From contig CAVSOU010000009.1 of assembly GCA_963729625.1 (NCBI GenBank), positions 64,001 to 128,000 of the forward strand: a stretch of DNA of 64,000 nt, read 5' to 3'. Below are positions 19,105 to 29,828 of the stretch, piece by piece; the first letter of the stretch is position 1, and each line of letters starts with the position of its first letter. Origin of the DNA: an uncultured bacterium (GTDB lineage: Bacteria; Chloroflexota; UBA5177; JANWHV01). The position numbers and the translations under genes were made by a program. Under the pieces are notes generated by a model. It made no database searches. It saw nothing but the letters and a program-made list of their open reading frames with translations, and was not told where the DNA came from.

Positions 19105-21257
19105 TGTGGGCTACGCGGATGCGAATCCGGAACCACCATATTAGTAACCATTGCACTCCGCTCAGAGCGCCGTAGGCCAATCCGTATCCTCATAGCGCCG
19201 ATTTTGGACACCTGGACTGATGAGATCGGGTCGTGCGACAGGGCGTCGATCACGGTGACACTGGTCAAAGGAAGCCGCGCCGTCCAGCGAAGACACACTG
19301 TCGACGAGGGTACGCTGGCCCCATATGACGCCGAGTACCAGCCGAGCATTGGATCGACAGCACCCCGAACCGACCGTACGCGAAAGTCCCGATCGCTCCA
19401 ATGGTACAGCCGGAGCGTCCTGCCGGCCCGTTCCACCACCGACCACTCGCCGTCCGTGTGGTGCACGTGAGCATCTGGCATCATGTGCCAGTATTGACTC
19501 ACATCATGTGTCATCCTACCCAGAACTCTGTCGACCACGATATAGGCGCCCTCACCGGCTACCGCGATCGATCTGTGATGGGACACCGGATCTCGAAGAC
19601 GTGTATAGCCGTCGTGGCACCCGCGCGCAAGCACGTCTGGCTCGAGGTCACCGTGGTCCATCACCGACCGGGCTTGCCTGTGCCAGATAGTCGGTCCTGC
19701 CTGGACCGATTGGTCCAGGCCATCCACTTCGATCGTGTTGTGCGCTCGGGTGCTTCTAAAGTACTCTCGAACAGTTGCGTTATCATCAAACGCGCCGGTG
19801 CCAGGGTCGATGAGCATCGCAAGCCCCCCCAGGCTCAGCCAGATCGACAGTGCGTCCGCGTGCCCGTGGGCAGCCAGGGAGCCATAGCCGAGCGCACCAC
19901 AATTGAAGGCCAGTTGGATCTGACCGGGGCCCGAACAATCGGTTTCGGCTCTGTGGATGGTCCATCCACCATCCGGAAAGACGAACCGTCCTTGATGTCG
20001 CGGAGATACGGGTGGCTGATCGGAGACAGTCAGTGATCCGGTGAGCCAATACGCGCGCTCGTCACTCGGATCGTTCCCTCTCAGGGGTGCTGCGTCATCA
20101 TACAGCGTCGCGGTAACGGCACGCAGGGAGCGAAAGTAGTCGTCGTTAGTGTCGGACAGGGGCGCGACGACAGCGTCGTCGCTGTCACCATACAGCGGAA
20201 CGTTGCCGGCGCTATCACTTACGCGTTCAAGAAAGACGGCCATGGCCAGCAGGCGAGGCTTCCAGGCGATGGCGCTGCGTCCGCCAGTCTTGCTGTCGAT
20301 GCATGCAACCAGTAAGTACCATTCAAGCACTCCGGCATGATAGCGCATGGCCTGCTCGCGATTCACACCATCGCAATGCACTTGAAGCTCGAGTTCGCGC
20401 GACAGAATGCTAAGCCCCGTCTGCCGCCACTCGTCAGCACCCGACAGGTCTGGAAACAATGCGCCGACGATGGCCAGCCCTGCAGCCTCTGCGATCAGGT
20501 GGTTGTTGGCAGACGAGTATCGAGAGAGGCGCCGGCGAACGTGTCGAGCCTGCAGCGCAATCGCGATCAGCAGCTGGTCCTTTGTGTCTTCTGTCAGTTC
20601 GGGCGCGGATGCGGCAAAGCCAAGTGCCCAGCACCAGGCCACGAGGCGGATCGACAACTCTATGCCACTTGTCCAGTTGATGCCGAAGTACGGCGGATTT
20701 TGCGCAAGCCAGCCGCGGAACTGCCGCTCCAGCTCGGCACTGAATGTCGAGTCTCCCGACCAATACCAGGCCATAGCAAGTGTTATCAAGTGTCCGTGGC
20801 GATTTGGCTCCCACACGTATTTCGCACCGCCGCGGCGGCAATCCACCCGTGTCCAATGCTTGAGCGGCCATTCATATTCACTCCGCGGATCCCGTCGCCA
20901 CTGCCAATCCGGACCGTACTGCCACCGCTTGCCGAAGAAGGTCAGTTCGCCTGCGCAGACCCGCCGGGCGCTCGCCAAGGTCGCTTCGACGCACGCTGGG
21001 AGAGCCACCCCGAGATCGATCCTTGCCGTGTCAGAGCTCGGCATTCGTAGCGATGTTCTCAGTCGCTCCAGCTGCGCGGCCGGCGGCACCGTCACTGATC
21101 CGGGCCGGCTCGCGAGTCCGGCCAGAGACAGATAGGAACTTGGCGATCGTTCTTGCGACCAGGCGAATGCTGCAAGCACCGCGCGCTTGACCCGGAACGA
21201 CACCTCGGCTGCCGACATCACGCGAAGGCGAGCCCAGTACCACCTGAATCGATTCAT
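19101..21257 (-). CDS. Heparinase II/III-like (alginate lyase-like) protein
   Basis: KYVWEPNR, QNPPYFGINW, YSSANNHLIAE, GDSDD, AAHGHADALS, IDPGT, RSTRAHNT. Confidence 0.9.
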   Translation of the reverse strand: MNRFRWYWARLRVMSAAEVSFRVKRAVLAAFAWSQERSPSSYLSLAGLASRPGSVTVPPAAQLERLRTSLRMPSSDTARIDLGVALPACVEATLASARRVCAGELTFFGKRWQYGPDWQWRRDPRSEYEWPLKHWTRVDCRRGGAKYVWEPNRHGHLITLAMAWYWSGDSTFSAELERQFRGWLAQNPPYFGINWTSGIELSIRLVAWCWALGFAASAPELTEDTKDQLLIAIALQARHVRRRLSRYSSANNHLIAEAAGLAIVGALFPDLSGADEWRQTGLSILSRELELQVHCDGVNREQAMRYHAGVLEWYLLVACIDSKTGGRSAIAWKPRLLAMAVFLERVSDSAGNVPLYGDSDDAVVAPLSDTNDDYFRSLRAVTATLYDDAAPLRGNDPSDERAYWLTGSLTVSDQPPVSPRHQGRFVFPDGGWTIHRAETDCSGPGQIQLAFNCGALGYGSLAAHGHADALSIWLSLGGLAMLIDPGTGAFDDNATVREYFRSTRAHNTIEVDGLDQSVQAGPTIWHRQARSVMDHGDLEPDVLARGCHDGYTRLRDPVSHHRSIAVAGEGAYIVVDRVLGRMTHDVSQYWHMMPDAHVHHTDGEWSVVERAGRTLRLYHWSDRDFRVRSVRGAVDPMLGWYSASYGASVPSSTVCLRWTARLPLTSVTVIDALSHDPISSVQVSKIGAMRIRIGLRRSERSAMVTNMVVPDSHPRSPQ

Positions 21258-21994
21258 CTCTCTCGCGCGGGCACATCACACAGCCAAACAGCGCGGACGC
21301 CATCGCTGGTAGTATAACCGTCCAGAGCATCCCGGTCTTCATTTTCATTAAGTCCGCGCACTCGCGTCCGTGTGCAGGATCCGGGTACGTATCCACTACC
21401 GAGCTCTTGCGATCCGCCAGTCAGATTGCTGGCTCTGGTTCTGGATCGGGTCTCATGCTGAACACGACAGAATGCTTGCACGACCGCGACCCTAGGCGTC
21501 GCCTTCAACCAGGAGCCTCAAGCGCGTGTCCCGCAACTTGGCCAATAGGCCTGCGGTCGTGGCCGGGAGCGTGCTTCCGGGCGCCATCAAGCAGCCCGGT
21601 CATGCCGGGTACCGGCTCGAGGCGCGCCTTGATTGACGCTCGGACCGGGAAGACCATATAATCCCCCTCTAGAAGTCCTGCTCGCTTGTTACTACAGGTG
21701 ATGGAGATTGGCAGATGGCGGTCGACGTCTCAGGCCCCCCGGATGGCTCGATACCGGACTGCCGGCAGCTCGGCCGGGTACGCCACGGTGAGATTCTCTC
21801 GGACTTGCGGGCGCCGAATTCCGCCGTCGAGCTGGAACACGCCTTGTATCGCGGGTTCGCGGGCGGCATCACGCCGGTGTCGCCGCGTCCGCGTCGAGCG
21901 GCATCCGCGGGGCCCTGGTCATGGCCGGCTTTCCGACCTGCTCGCGTTGCGAGCCGTTCCGTGCACGCCGCGGCCTGAGCGCCTTTCGTGTACT

Positions 21995-22010
21995 GTTTCA
22001 ACGTTGAGAC
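21995..22010. promoter_or_regulatory. Palindromic operator, LacI-family-like
   Basis: GTTTCAACGTTGAGAC (one mismatch, central CG) about 35 bp upstream of the ABC operon. Confidence 0.5.
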
Positions 22011-22043
22011 GTATCGAGCCCGTCCAGATGTGAGGGTGACAGG

Positions 22044-23578
22044 TTGGCGCTTCTTGAAATAGCGGAAGTCAGCAAGCATTTCCCGGGCGTGCAGGCGCTA
22101 ACCGACGTGAGCCTGACAGTGGAGGCCGGTGAAGTCCGCGCGCTCGTCGGCCAGAACGGGGCCGGCAAGTCGACACTCGTCAAGTGTGTCTCGGGCGTGC
22201 ACCCGCCCGATGGCGGCCGAATCGTCTTCGACGGCGAGCTGATCCGCACCTACGCGCCGAAGCACGCCTACGACCTCGGTATCACCGTCGTCTACCAGCG
22301 CATGCAGCTGCTTCCCTGGCTCTCGGTTGCCGAGAACATTCTGCTCGGACAGATGCCCACCACCGCCCGCGCGCTCGTCGACTGGAAGGGCGCCAATCGC
22401 ATCGCGCGAGCGCTGCTCGCCCGATTCAAGCTGAACATCGACCCCAAGATCCCGGTGGCCAGGCTCTCCCCCCCGAACGCCAGGAAGTGGCCATCGCGAA
22501 GGCGCTCTATCGCCGAGCCAAGCTGCTGATCCTCGATGAGCCGACCGCGTCGCTCGATGCCAGCCGTATCGAGCGATTGTTCGATCTCATCCATGAAGTC
22601 AATATGGACGGCGTGGCGGTCCTCTACATTTCACACCACCTGGAGGAAGTCTTCCGGCTCGCGCACAACATCACCGTGCTGCGCGACGGCCGGTTGGTCA
22701 CTACCCAACCCGCCTCGGCGCTTAGCCAAACGGAAGTCGTGACTCTCATGGCCGGCCGTCGCATTCAGGTCGCGATCGACGCAGACAAGGCTGAGACGAA
22801 ACGGGATCGGGCCGGCGGAGCCGCCTCCGCTCCGGCCGGCGCCCCCGTGCTGGAGTTCCGGCACGTTGCCGCCGGAGCGCTGCAGGATATCGATCTCACC
22901 CTGCGGGAGGGCGAAGTTGTCGGCGTCACCGGGGTCATCGGCGCTGGGGGCGCCGACATCGCTCGCCTGCTCTTTGGTTTGAGCAAGGCCGAGTCCGGTC
23001 AGGTCCTGCTGGATGGGGCGCCCTATGTCTCGGATGGCCCCGGCTACTCAATCAGCCGCGGGCTGTTCATGGTGCCCGAAGACCCGAGCGGCGAGGGGCT
23101 GGTTCCCGTGCTGTCGGTGGCCAACAACATCACCCTAGTGGACCTTCCCGCCATCACCCGGTTCGGCGTGCTCTCTCTGCAGCAGGAGAGAAAGCTGGCC
23201 GAGGGCCACGTGAACCGGCTGAGCATCGCGACGAGCTCGGTCAACACCAGCGTGAGGAACTTGAGCGGAGGGAACCAACAGAAGGTGCTGCTGGCAAAGG
23301 CGCTGCAGGCTAAGGCGCGGCTCCTGGTCCTGCAGGAACCCACGCAGGGCGTCGACGTCGCGGCCAAGGCCGACATTCACCGCATCATCAGGGACCTGGC
23401 CGGCCAGGGGAAGGCGGTGCTTGTCGTCGCGACCGACATTCGCGACCTGCTGCTCTTTGTCGATCGGATCGTAGCCCTGCGAGGCGGCAGAATCGTTGCC
23501 GACATGCCGGCGGCCGACACCAGTTACGCCGAGATGCTCGATCTGACAGTGGGATCGCTGGGAGTGGAAGCGTCATGA
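22044..23578 (+). pseudogene. Sugar ABC transporter ATP-binding protein, frameshifted in a C7 run (22468-22474)
   Basis: Walker A GQNGAGKS in the first frame; [27 protein letters not shown] in the second; one extra C restores LSPPERQE; may be a sequencing error. Confidence 0.85.
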
Positions 23579-24606
23579 GTGACGAGATAGCAGGAAAGGC
23601 CGGCGGGGAGCCAATCCGTGCCGAAGCGGCAGCGCCTGCCGCGGCATTCGCCGGAAAGCGCCGCCAGTCGGGCAATGTCGACCTGTACGCATTGTGGCCC
23701 GTCGCAGTGATCATCGTGGTGATCATCGTCACCTCGTTCAGGTCGAGCACTTACCTCAGCGTGAACAACTTCAAGAACGTGCTCAGTCAAATGTCGGTGT
23801 ACGGCATCGTGACCATGGGCGAATGCATCTTGCTGATCTCCGCGGGCATTGATCTGTCGGTCGGCGCCAACATGGCATTCTCGTCCATCTGCACCGGCTT
23901 GCTGTTCACGCAGGGGGGGTACCCGATGTGGCTGTGCATCGCCGCGGGATTAGGAGCGGCGGTTGGCATCGGCCTGATCAATGGCATCCTGGCGTCCTTG
24001 AACCGCGCTCACCCGTTCATCATTACCCTCGGCATGCAGGTCTTCCTCTATGGCCTCGCCACGCAGATGACCGGTAGCGCTCCGGTCAACGACATGGGAT
24101 GGCTCTATTCAGCTTTCGGCGGCGATCTGCCGTCCTACCCGCCCTTCTTCGGACTGCCCACGGTAGCTGTGCCGTTTATCGCTACGGTGATCTGCGCGTA
24201 CGCGTTCCTGCGCTGGAGCCCGATCGGCCGCCAGGCGTACGCGATCGGGGGCAACGAGGAGGCGGCGTATCTGTCGGGGATACCCGTCAGACGCACCAAG
24301 ATAATCCTCTACGCCATCATGGGGCTGCTCGCCGGCATCGCGGCAATGGTGCTCGCGGGGAACATCGACGAGGCGTCGTTCAATCTGGCGCAGAACTACG
24401 AGCTGATTGGTATCGCCATGGCCGTGGTCGGCGGCACGGCTCTCTTCGGCGGCCGGGGCGGAGCCCTGCGCTCGCTGCAGGGCGTCGTCCTATACGCCGT
24501 TGTCGCCAACGCAATAGTCTTTCTGGGCTTTACGAGTGACTACCAGCAGATGGCCCTTGGCATCATCATTATTGTCGCAGTGATGGTGACGAGAGCTCGA
24601 CGATAA
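23575..24606 (+). CDS. Sugar ABC transporter permease (RbsC-like)
   Basis: GIDLSVG, PFIITLG, YAIGGNEEAAYLSGI, VVGGTALFGG. Confidence 0.93.
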   Translation: MSDEIAGKAGGEPIRAEAAAPAAAFAGKRRQSGNVDLYALWPVAVIIVVIIVTSFRSSTYLSVNNFKNVLSQMSVYGIVTMGECILLISAGIDLSVGANMAFSSICTGLLFTQGGYPMWLCIAAGLGAAVGIGLINGILASLNRAHPFIITLGMQVFLYGLATQMTGSAPVNDMGWLYSAFGGDLPSYPPFFGLPTVAVPFIATVICAYAFLRWSPIGRQAYAIGGNEEAAYLSGIPVRRTKIILYAIMGLLAGIAAMVLAGNIDEASFNLAQNYELIGIAMAVVGGTALFGGRGGALRSLQGVVLYAVVANAIVFLGFTSDYQQMALGIIIIVAVMVTRARR

Positions 24607-24768
24607 CTCAATCGGATCAGACTCTGGAAAGGAGGCAAAGCGAGAAGAGCAGTCGATTGCTAGCGGGTCCCGCCTGGCGCGCGACCAGCAAAGCTGGCGC
24701 GAGTCACCGTCGGGCACTCGGCGCACATGGGTTCAGCACCGATTTTCGACTCATAGGAGGCAGCACAT

Positions 24769-25836
24769 ATGTCCAAGATACTTCGATTTGCCGTCTCGGC
24801 GGCCGCCTTGACGGGGATGTTCGTTGCATCCGTCGGCGCCACGGGTTCGGTTACCGCTCAGCACGCAAACGCGGGCAAGGGAACGATCGCCTTCCTGCGC
24901 TCGGGGCCTGACCTGTACTACCAGTACGGGCTCAACGGAGCCGAGGCGGCGGCCAAGCAGTTGGGTTACAAAGTCGTCGACTACCCTAACCCGACAGTCA
25001 GCCCTGCTCAGGAGAAGACGAACATCCAGAACGCCATCGCGGCCGGCGTCGTAGCGATCGACGGCTACTCGGTTGGCCTGGCTACCGAGACCGCCTCGAT
25101 CGACGCCGCGGCGAGCGCAAACATCCCGATCTTCTTGATGTACGGATACAGCCCCAAGTACATCGCGAATAAGGATGTGATCGGCTTCGAGCAGGTCAAT
25201 CTGGGGCCGTTCAGCTACGCTGTTGGCCAGTATGTGAAGACGCACGTCAAGAGCGGGCAGCTCGCGATCATCACCGGACAGCTCGGACGCGGCGACGCGG
25301 AAGGATACCGCACCGGCTTCCTGCAGGGACTGGGCTGCGGAAACGATCCGACCGGGGCATACAAGAAGTGCGGCGGTATCGATTACGTCGATCAGGAGAG
25401 TGGCGGCTGGCTGCGCCCCACGGCGTACACGAAGGCGCAGGACATCATCGCCAAGTATCCGAATCTCGCCGTCTTGTGGGCGATGAACGAGGACATGGCT
25501 GTGGGCGCGCACAGCGCGCTCGTGGCGGCCCACAAGGACAAGCAGGTGATGCTCGTGTCGCAGAATGGCGCGCCGTACGGCCTTGCCGGCATTTCAGCCG
25601 GCTGGCTTCAGGCGTCCGACACCTGCTCGCCGTTCCTGGAGGGCATGATGTCCGTCCGGCTGACCGATGCCTTCCTTAACAAGACGATCACCGGCGGTCA
25701 CCTGTACTACTCGTACTCCGTGTTCGTCACCAAGGCAAACCTCAGCCAGGCAGTGGGCTGGAATCCTGCCAGCTCGTCGATCCCAGGGCTTATGAAGCTG
25801 CCGCTGCCGAAGCCTGTGAGCCCGGCGCCTATGTGA
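24769..25836 (+). CDS. Sugar ABC transporter substrate-binding protein
   Basis: Signal peptide, MNEDMAVGA motif of periplasmic binding protein type 1; AGGAGG RBS. Confidence 0.9.
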   Translation: MSKILRFAVSAAALTGMFVASVGATGSVTAQHANAGKGTIAFLRSGPDLYYQYGLNGAEAAAKQLGYKVVDYPNPTVSPAQEKTNIQNAIAAGVVAIDGYSVGLATETASIDAAASANIPIFLMYGYSPKYIANKDVIGFEQVNLGPFSYAVGQYVKTHVKSGQLAIITGQLGRGDAEGYRTGFLQGLGCGNDPTGAYKKCGGIDYVDQESGGWLRPTAYTKAQDIIAKYPNLAVLWAMNEDMAVGAHSALVAAHKDKQVMLVSQNGAPYGLAGISAGWLQASDTCSPFLEGMMSVRLTDAFLNKTITGGHLYYSYSVFVTKANLSQAVGWNPASSSIPGLMKLPLPKPVSPAPM

Positions 25837-25845
25837 GCCATCGCG

Positions 25846-25886
25846 CGTGACTGCGGCTCCTCTCCATGAGAGGAGCCGCAGTCACG
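25846..25886 (+). terminator. Perfect 19-bp stem-loop after the SBP gene (terminator or mRNA stabiliser)
   Basis: CGTGACTGCGGCTCCTCTC-CAT-GAGAGGAGCCGCAGTCACG; no U-tract. Confidence 0.7.
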
Positions 25887-26168
25887 GAACGTGATGGTTG
25901 ATTGGGGGCGGGGCATCTTTGGCCACGAATCTGCGCAGATTCCGGCGACCCGGAGCGTGCTGGCGGCGACAGAGATTGGTTTGGCGCTCGACCAACGTGC
26001 CCTGCCCCCATGGCGGCCAGAGATCAGGGGTTTGTCGGCGTACCTTGGTGGCCTCGACCGCTACGTTTGGTCGGGCGACACGAAGCATCGTCCCGTCCGA
26101 CGGCTGGTTTGAATGGGCTGTCACGTAGCAGAGCGCCGACAGGCACGCGGGAGGAGAACGATACATCC

Positions 26169-27026
26169 ATGAAGATAGGCATTGACAGTTACTGCTTTCA
26201 TCGGTTCTTCGGTGAGGTCTATCCCGAGCAACCGCCGGCGCCGCGACAGATGACGATGGACGACTTCCTCGCATTCGCGCATGAGCTCGGCGTCGACGGC
26301 GTGTCTCTGGAATCCTGCTTCTTTCCGTCGCACGATGCGGCCTGGCTTCGAGACCTGAAGGCCAGGCTCGACGATTACGGCTTCGATCGCGTGTACGCCT
26401 GGGGCCATCCCGACGGCCTGGAGGCCGGTAAGAACCGGCGCGCGCTGGACGATATGATCGCGCAAATCCCGAACGCCGCCATGATCGGCGCCCCGGTTAT
26501 GCGTGTCACCGGCAGCAGCCTGATGTTCCGCAACGAGCCTCATCGGCCGCAGCTCGAGATTCTGGCAGGCTGGTTCAAGGAGGCGATCCCGGTTGCCGAG
26601 CGCCACGGTGTGAAGCTGGCCGTTGAAAACCATATCGACTACACTGCCGACGAGATCGTCTGGCTGGTCGAGGCAGTGGGCTCCCCGTCGTTCGGCGTGA
26701 ACTTCGACACCGGTAATTTCCTGCGGCTGCTCGACGATCCTATCCGCGGCATGGAGAAACTGGCAAAGTACACGCTGGCCACGCATATCAAGGACCTCAA
26801 GGTACGCAAAGGTGTCTCCCCAACCGAATGGTTCTTCTTCTCAAGCACTCCCGTGGGCGACGGTCTGGTCGACAATCAGAAGCTCGCGCGGCTTCTCAGC
26901 GACGCGGGCTACCAGGGATTCCTGGCCGTGGAGATCGACCATCTGCATCCGGACTACCAGTATGATGAACACGCGGCGGTGCGGCAGAGCGTGCTGGAGT
27001 TGCGCCGTGTTGCAAGTGGCCTGTAA
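26169..27026 (+). CDS. Sugar phosphate isomerase/epimerase (xylose-isomerase-like TIM barrel)
   Basis: LAVENHID, NFDTGN, THIKD, VEID metal-ligand motifs; GGAG RBS. Confidence 0.9.
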   Translation: MKIGIDSYCFHRFFGEVYPEQPPAPRQMTMDDFLAFAHELGVDGVSLESCFFPSHDAAWLRDLKARLDDYGFDRVYAWGHPDGLEAGKNRRALDDMIAQIPNAAMIGAPVMRVTGSSLMFRNEPHRPQLEILAGWFKEAIPVAERHGVKLAVENHIDYTADEIVWLVEAVGSPSFGVNFDTGNFLRLLDDPIRGMEKLAKYTLATHIKDLKVRKGVSPTEWFFFSSTPVGDGLVDNQKLARLLSDAGYQGFLAVEIDHLHPDYQYDEHAAVRQSVLELRRVASGL

Positions 27027-27047
27027 CAGGTAGGATGGGGGTTGGCG

Positions 27048-28211
27048 ATGGGCAGTGATTCGATCAATGTCGCCATCATCGGCACCAAGTTCATGGGCAA
27101 GGCGCACAGCAACGCCTGGGCAAACGCTCACCACTTCTTCGATCTCGAACGCAAGCCGGTACTCAAGGTGGCGTGCGGGCGCGATAAAGAGGACCTTGGG
27201 CGATTTGCGCAACGGTGGGGCTGGGAGGATACAGATACCGACTGGCGCAGGGTGATTGCGCGGCCGGATGTAGACATCGTGGATATCGGCGTGCCGCAGA
27301 ATCTGCACCGAGAGATCGCGGTGGCCGCCGCTAAGGCAGGAAAGCATATCTTCTGCGAGAAGCCGATCGCGCTTTCGTTGGCCGAGGCGCGGGAGATGCT
27401 CGACGCGGCGCAGGCAGCCGGCGTCGTTCACTACCTCAACCACAACTACCGGCGCGTCCCCGCCGTCGCATTGGCCAGACGCCTGATCGACGAAGGCAAG
27501 ATCGGACGGATCTTCCACTGGCGCGGCGCGTATTTGCAGTCGTGGATCATCAATCCGTCGTTTCCCTTGACCTGGCATTTGCGACGGGAAACGGCGGGAT
27601 CGGGGCCGAACGGCGACCTCAATTCGCACAGCATCGATCTGGCGCGCTATCTCGTGGGCGAGATCAGCGAGGTGATGGCGATGACGGCGCAGTTCGTAGG
27701 CGAGCGACCGCTACCGGGGGCCGGCGCGGCCACGTTCTCCGCGGGTAGCTCAACCGGCGGTGAAGTCGGCAAGGTCACCGTGGAGGACGCGGCCTTCCTC
27801 GTGGCGCGGTTTGCAAACGGCGCGCTTGGGACCTTTGATGCGTCTCGTTTTGCCCTTGGGCGCAAGAACTACAACGTCTTCGAGATCTACGGAGACAAGG
27901 GCAGCATCCTGTTCGACATGGAGCGCATGAACGAACTGCAGTATTACTCGGCGTCAGATCCCGACGATGCGCAGGGCTTCAGGACCATCCTTGTCACCGA
28001 GCCGGTGCATCCATACATTTCGCATTGGTGGCCGCCTGGACATATCATCGGCTATGAGCATGAGTTCAGCCACGCCGTGGCCGACTTCATCCATGCGATT
28101 GCCACAGGCGGGACCATAACGCCGAACTTCGCGGACGGCGTGGCGGGGATGGCTGTTATGGAGGCGGCGTTGAAATCGGCAGAGAGCGGCCGACTGGTTA
28201 CCGTCGCCTAG
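27048..28211 (+). CDS. Gfo/Idh/MocA family oxidoreductase
   Basis: IGTKFMGKAHS, CEKP, NYRRVPA, GDLNSHSID, WWPPGHIIGYEH. Confidence 0.93.
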   Translation: MGSDSINVAIIGTKFMGKAHSNAWANAHHFFDLERKPVLKVACGRDKEDLGRFAQRWGWEDTDTDWRRVIARPDVDIVDIGVPQNLHREIAVAAAKAGKHIFCEKPIALSLAEAREMLDAAQAAGVVHYLNHNYRRVPAVALARRLIDEGKIGRIFHWRGAYLQSWIINPSFPLTWHLRRETAGSGPNGDLNSHSIDLARYLVGEISEVMAMTAQFVGERPLPGAGAATFSAGSSTGGEVGKVTVEDAAFLVARFANGALGTFDASRFALGRKNYNVFEIYGDKGSILFDMERMNELQYYSASDPDDAQGFRTILVTEPVHPYISHWWPPGHIIGYEHEFSHAVADFIHAIATGGTITPNFADGVAGMAVMEAALKSAESGRLVTVA

Positions 28212-28221
28212 CGCTCGCGGT

Positions 28222-28245
28222 AGGGGGTGGCGCCCGCCACCCCCT
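28222..28245. terminator. Hairpin between convergent genes
   Basis: AGGGGGTGGC/GCCACCCCCT stem followed by a T-containing tail. Confidence 0.65.
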
Positions 28246-28311
28246 TCGGTTTCCGTTGCGCGCCCAGCGCGGAGCGTTGCGCTCGTAGCTGGTGTCGGAT
28301 CGCAGCCTGCG

Positions 28312-29148
28312 CTACGCTCGGCCGAGCACGCCCTTCAGGTGAGCAATGGACGTTGCCGCCTGCTCAACCGTTCCGCACTCGACCGACAGCACGCCGGTGT
28401 AGTTGGCGCTTTCCAGGATTTCCACTACCTCGCGCCAGTTCACGGCCCCATCACCGCACGCGCAGCCTACAGGTGTGCCCGTCACGTGACCGCGCTTTTC
28501 CTCCGCCATGTCGAAGGCGATGTCCTTCGCGTGCACATGGACAACTCGGTCCACAACCTGCTTCAGGTCGCGAATTGGATCGGAGCCGGCAAGGTAGCTG
28601 TTCCCGGTGTCGAAATTGATACGAATCCACGGTGACGGCACGAGCTCGACAATGCGCAGGAGGCCCTCGACCTTCGTCGTATACACGCCGTGGGGTTCAA
28701 TGCCGACGTAGATGCCATAGCGCTCCGCCGTTTGGGCCACCACCGTGAGTGAATAGCGCATCATCTCCCAGGCCTGGTCTTCGCTCATCCAACCCGGCTT
28801 GATCCCTTCGTCGGTGTTGACAACAGGAGCTCCCAGGTCCGAGGCGTAGCGAATGGCCTGCCGCAAGTACGGTACGCCCGCATCCGGCCGCATGAGCGGC
28901 GCGTGTGCCGAAATGCCCGAAGGCTTGAGACCGGCTGCCGCGAGCTGGTCTCGGACTTCGATTGGGTCTTCCTCCATGGTGCGGAAATGATAGTAGCCGG
29001 CTTCGATCAGCAGGTCTCTTCCGGTCATGACGCACGGCTCGAGGTATTCGTATCCCAGTTCGGCAGCTTTCGATACGGCGTACTCAAAGGGCTTGTCCTC
29101 ATGCCGAACGAACTCAGCGTTCACGCCTATGCCGATGTGACCAGACAT
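28312..29148 (-). CDS. Sugar phosphate isomerase/epimerase (TIM barrel)
   Basis: GIEPHG, NFDTGN, HVHAKD, GCACGDG, LSVECG. Confidence 0.9.
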   Translation of the reverse strand: MSGHIGIGVNAEFVRHEDKPFEYAVSKAAELGYEYLEPCVMTGRDLLIEAGYYHFRTMEEDPIEVRDQLAAAGLKPSGISAHAPLMRPDAGVPYLRQAIRYASDLGAPVVNTDEGIKPGWMSEDQAWEMMRYSLTVVAQTAERYGIYVGIEPHGVYTTKVEGLLRIVELVPSPWIRINFDTGNSYLAGSDPIRDLKQVVDRVVHVHAKDIAFDMAEEKRGHVTGTPVGCACGDGAVNWREVVEILESANYTGVLSVECGTVEQAATSIAHLKGVLGRA

Positions 29149-29537
29149 CCCAACAACCTTTCGCTAAGATGATTCCGCGGCGCCGTTGCCGTCCCTGCCT
29201 GAGGCAGCGACCGCTGGTCGGGCTCGACACTGTGAACATACTCGATCTGGGTTGCGTCAGGCGTCGTTTGCGGTACGGGAGCGGTGAGCAATCTGTCGCC
29301 AGATTCGCGGGTCGAGGGAACATCGGCCCCAGAGTGCGGCGCCCTGGTGTCCGCGGAGCCGTCGGTAACGACCGCAGTGCGCAATCGCATCCGGCTCTCT
29401 CGCCCTGGCAGCTCTTTTCCAGCGGGCGAAACGGCCAGGGCTTCGCACTGCCGGCCGCGATAGGCGAGACGATCGCTGGCCCCGATCGTCCGGCTGTGTG
29501 CGTGTTGGGCGATGTACGTGTACCGCAGCGGCGGCTG

Positions 29538-29828
29538 CTAGGGTCCAGGCGGCGCTCCGGATGCATCGGGCGGTGCGGAGCTCGCGGTAGTGGTTGGAAC
29601 GGACAGCGACACGGCCGGCTGACTATCCGTGGCCGGAGCGTACTGGCTGATCAGCGTCCGATCGATCCCATGCTGATAGACGGTGCCCTGCCAGAAGGAT
29701 AGGCACCCTGCCGCGGCCAGGCAGAGTGTGACGACGACGAACCGGCGTTGCTTTGCGCCCGGTAAGGCTCGGGCAGCATGCGGCAGCAATCGGACCAGGT
29801 GGGCCGGTTGCGTTGCGGTATGGAGCAT
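29538..29828 (-). CDS. Hypothetical membrane-anchored protein, possibly truncated
   Basis: GAGGGG RBS before ATG; one hydrophobic segment followed by Ser/Thr/Pro/Ala-rich tail. Confidence 0.45.
   Translation of the reverse strand: MLHTATQPAHLVRLLPHAARALPGAKQRRFVVVTLCLAAAGCLSFWQGTVYQHGIDRTLISQYAPATDSQPAVSLSVPTTTASSAPPDASGAPPGP

Noticed and set aside
10926-21660. tRNA-Asn-anchored genomic island
   Set aside because: No integrase, and I did not find a duplicated tRNA 3' end by eye
21400-21980. Short ORFs between the polysaccharide block and the ABC operon
   Set aside because: No recognisable motifs or convincing RBS
25902-26168. Long N-terminal extensions in the ORF track (also 3261, 37341, 49603, 53226)
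   Set aside because: Downstream starts have RBSs and coincide with the start of family homology
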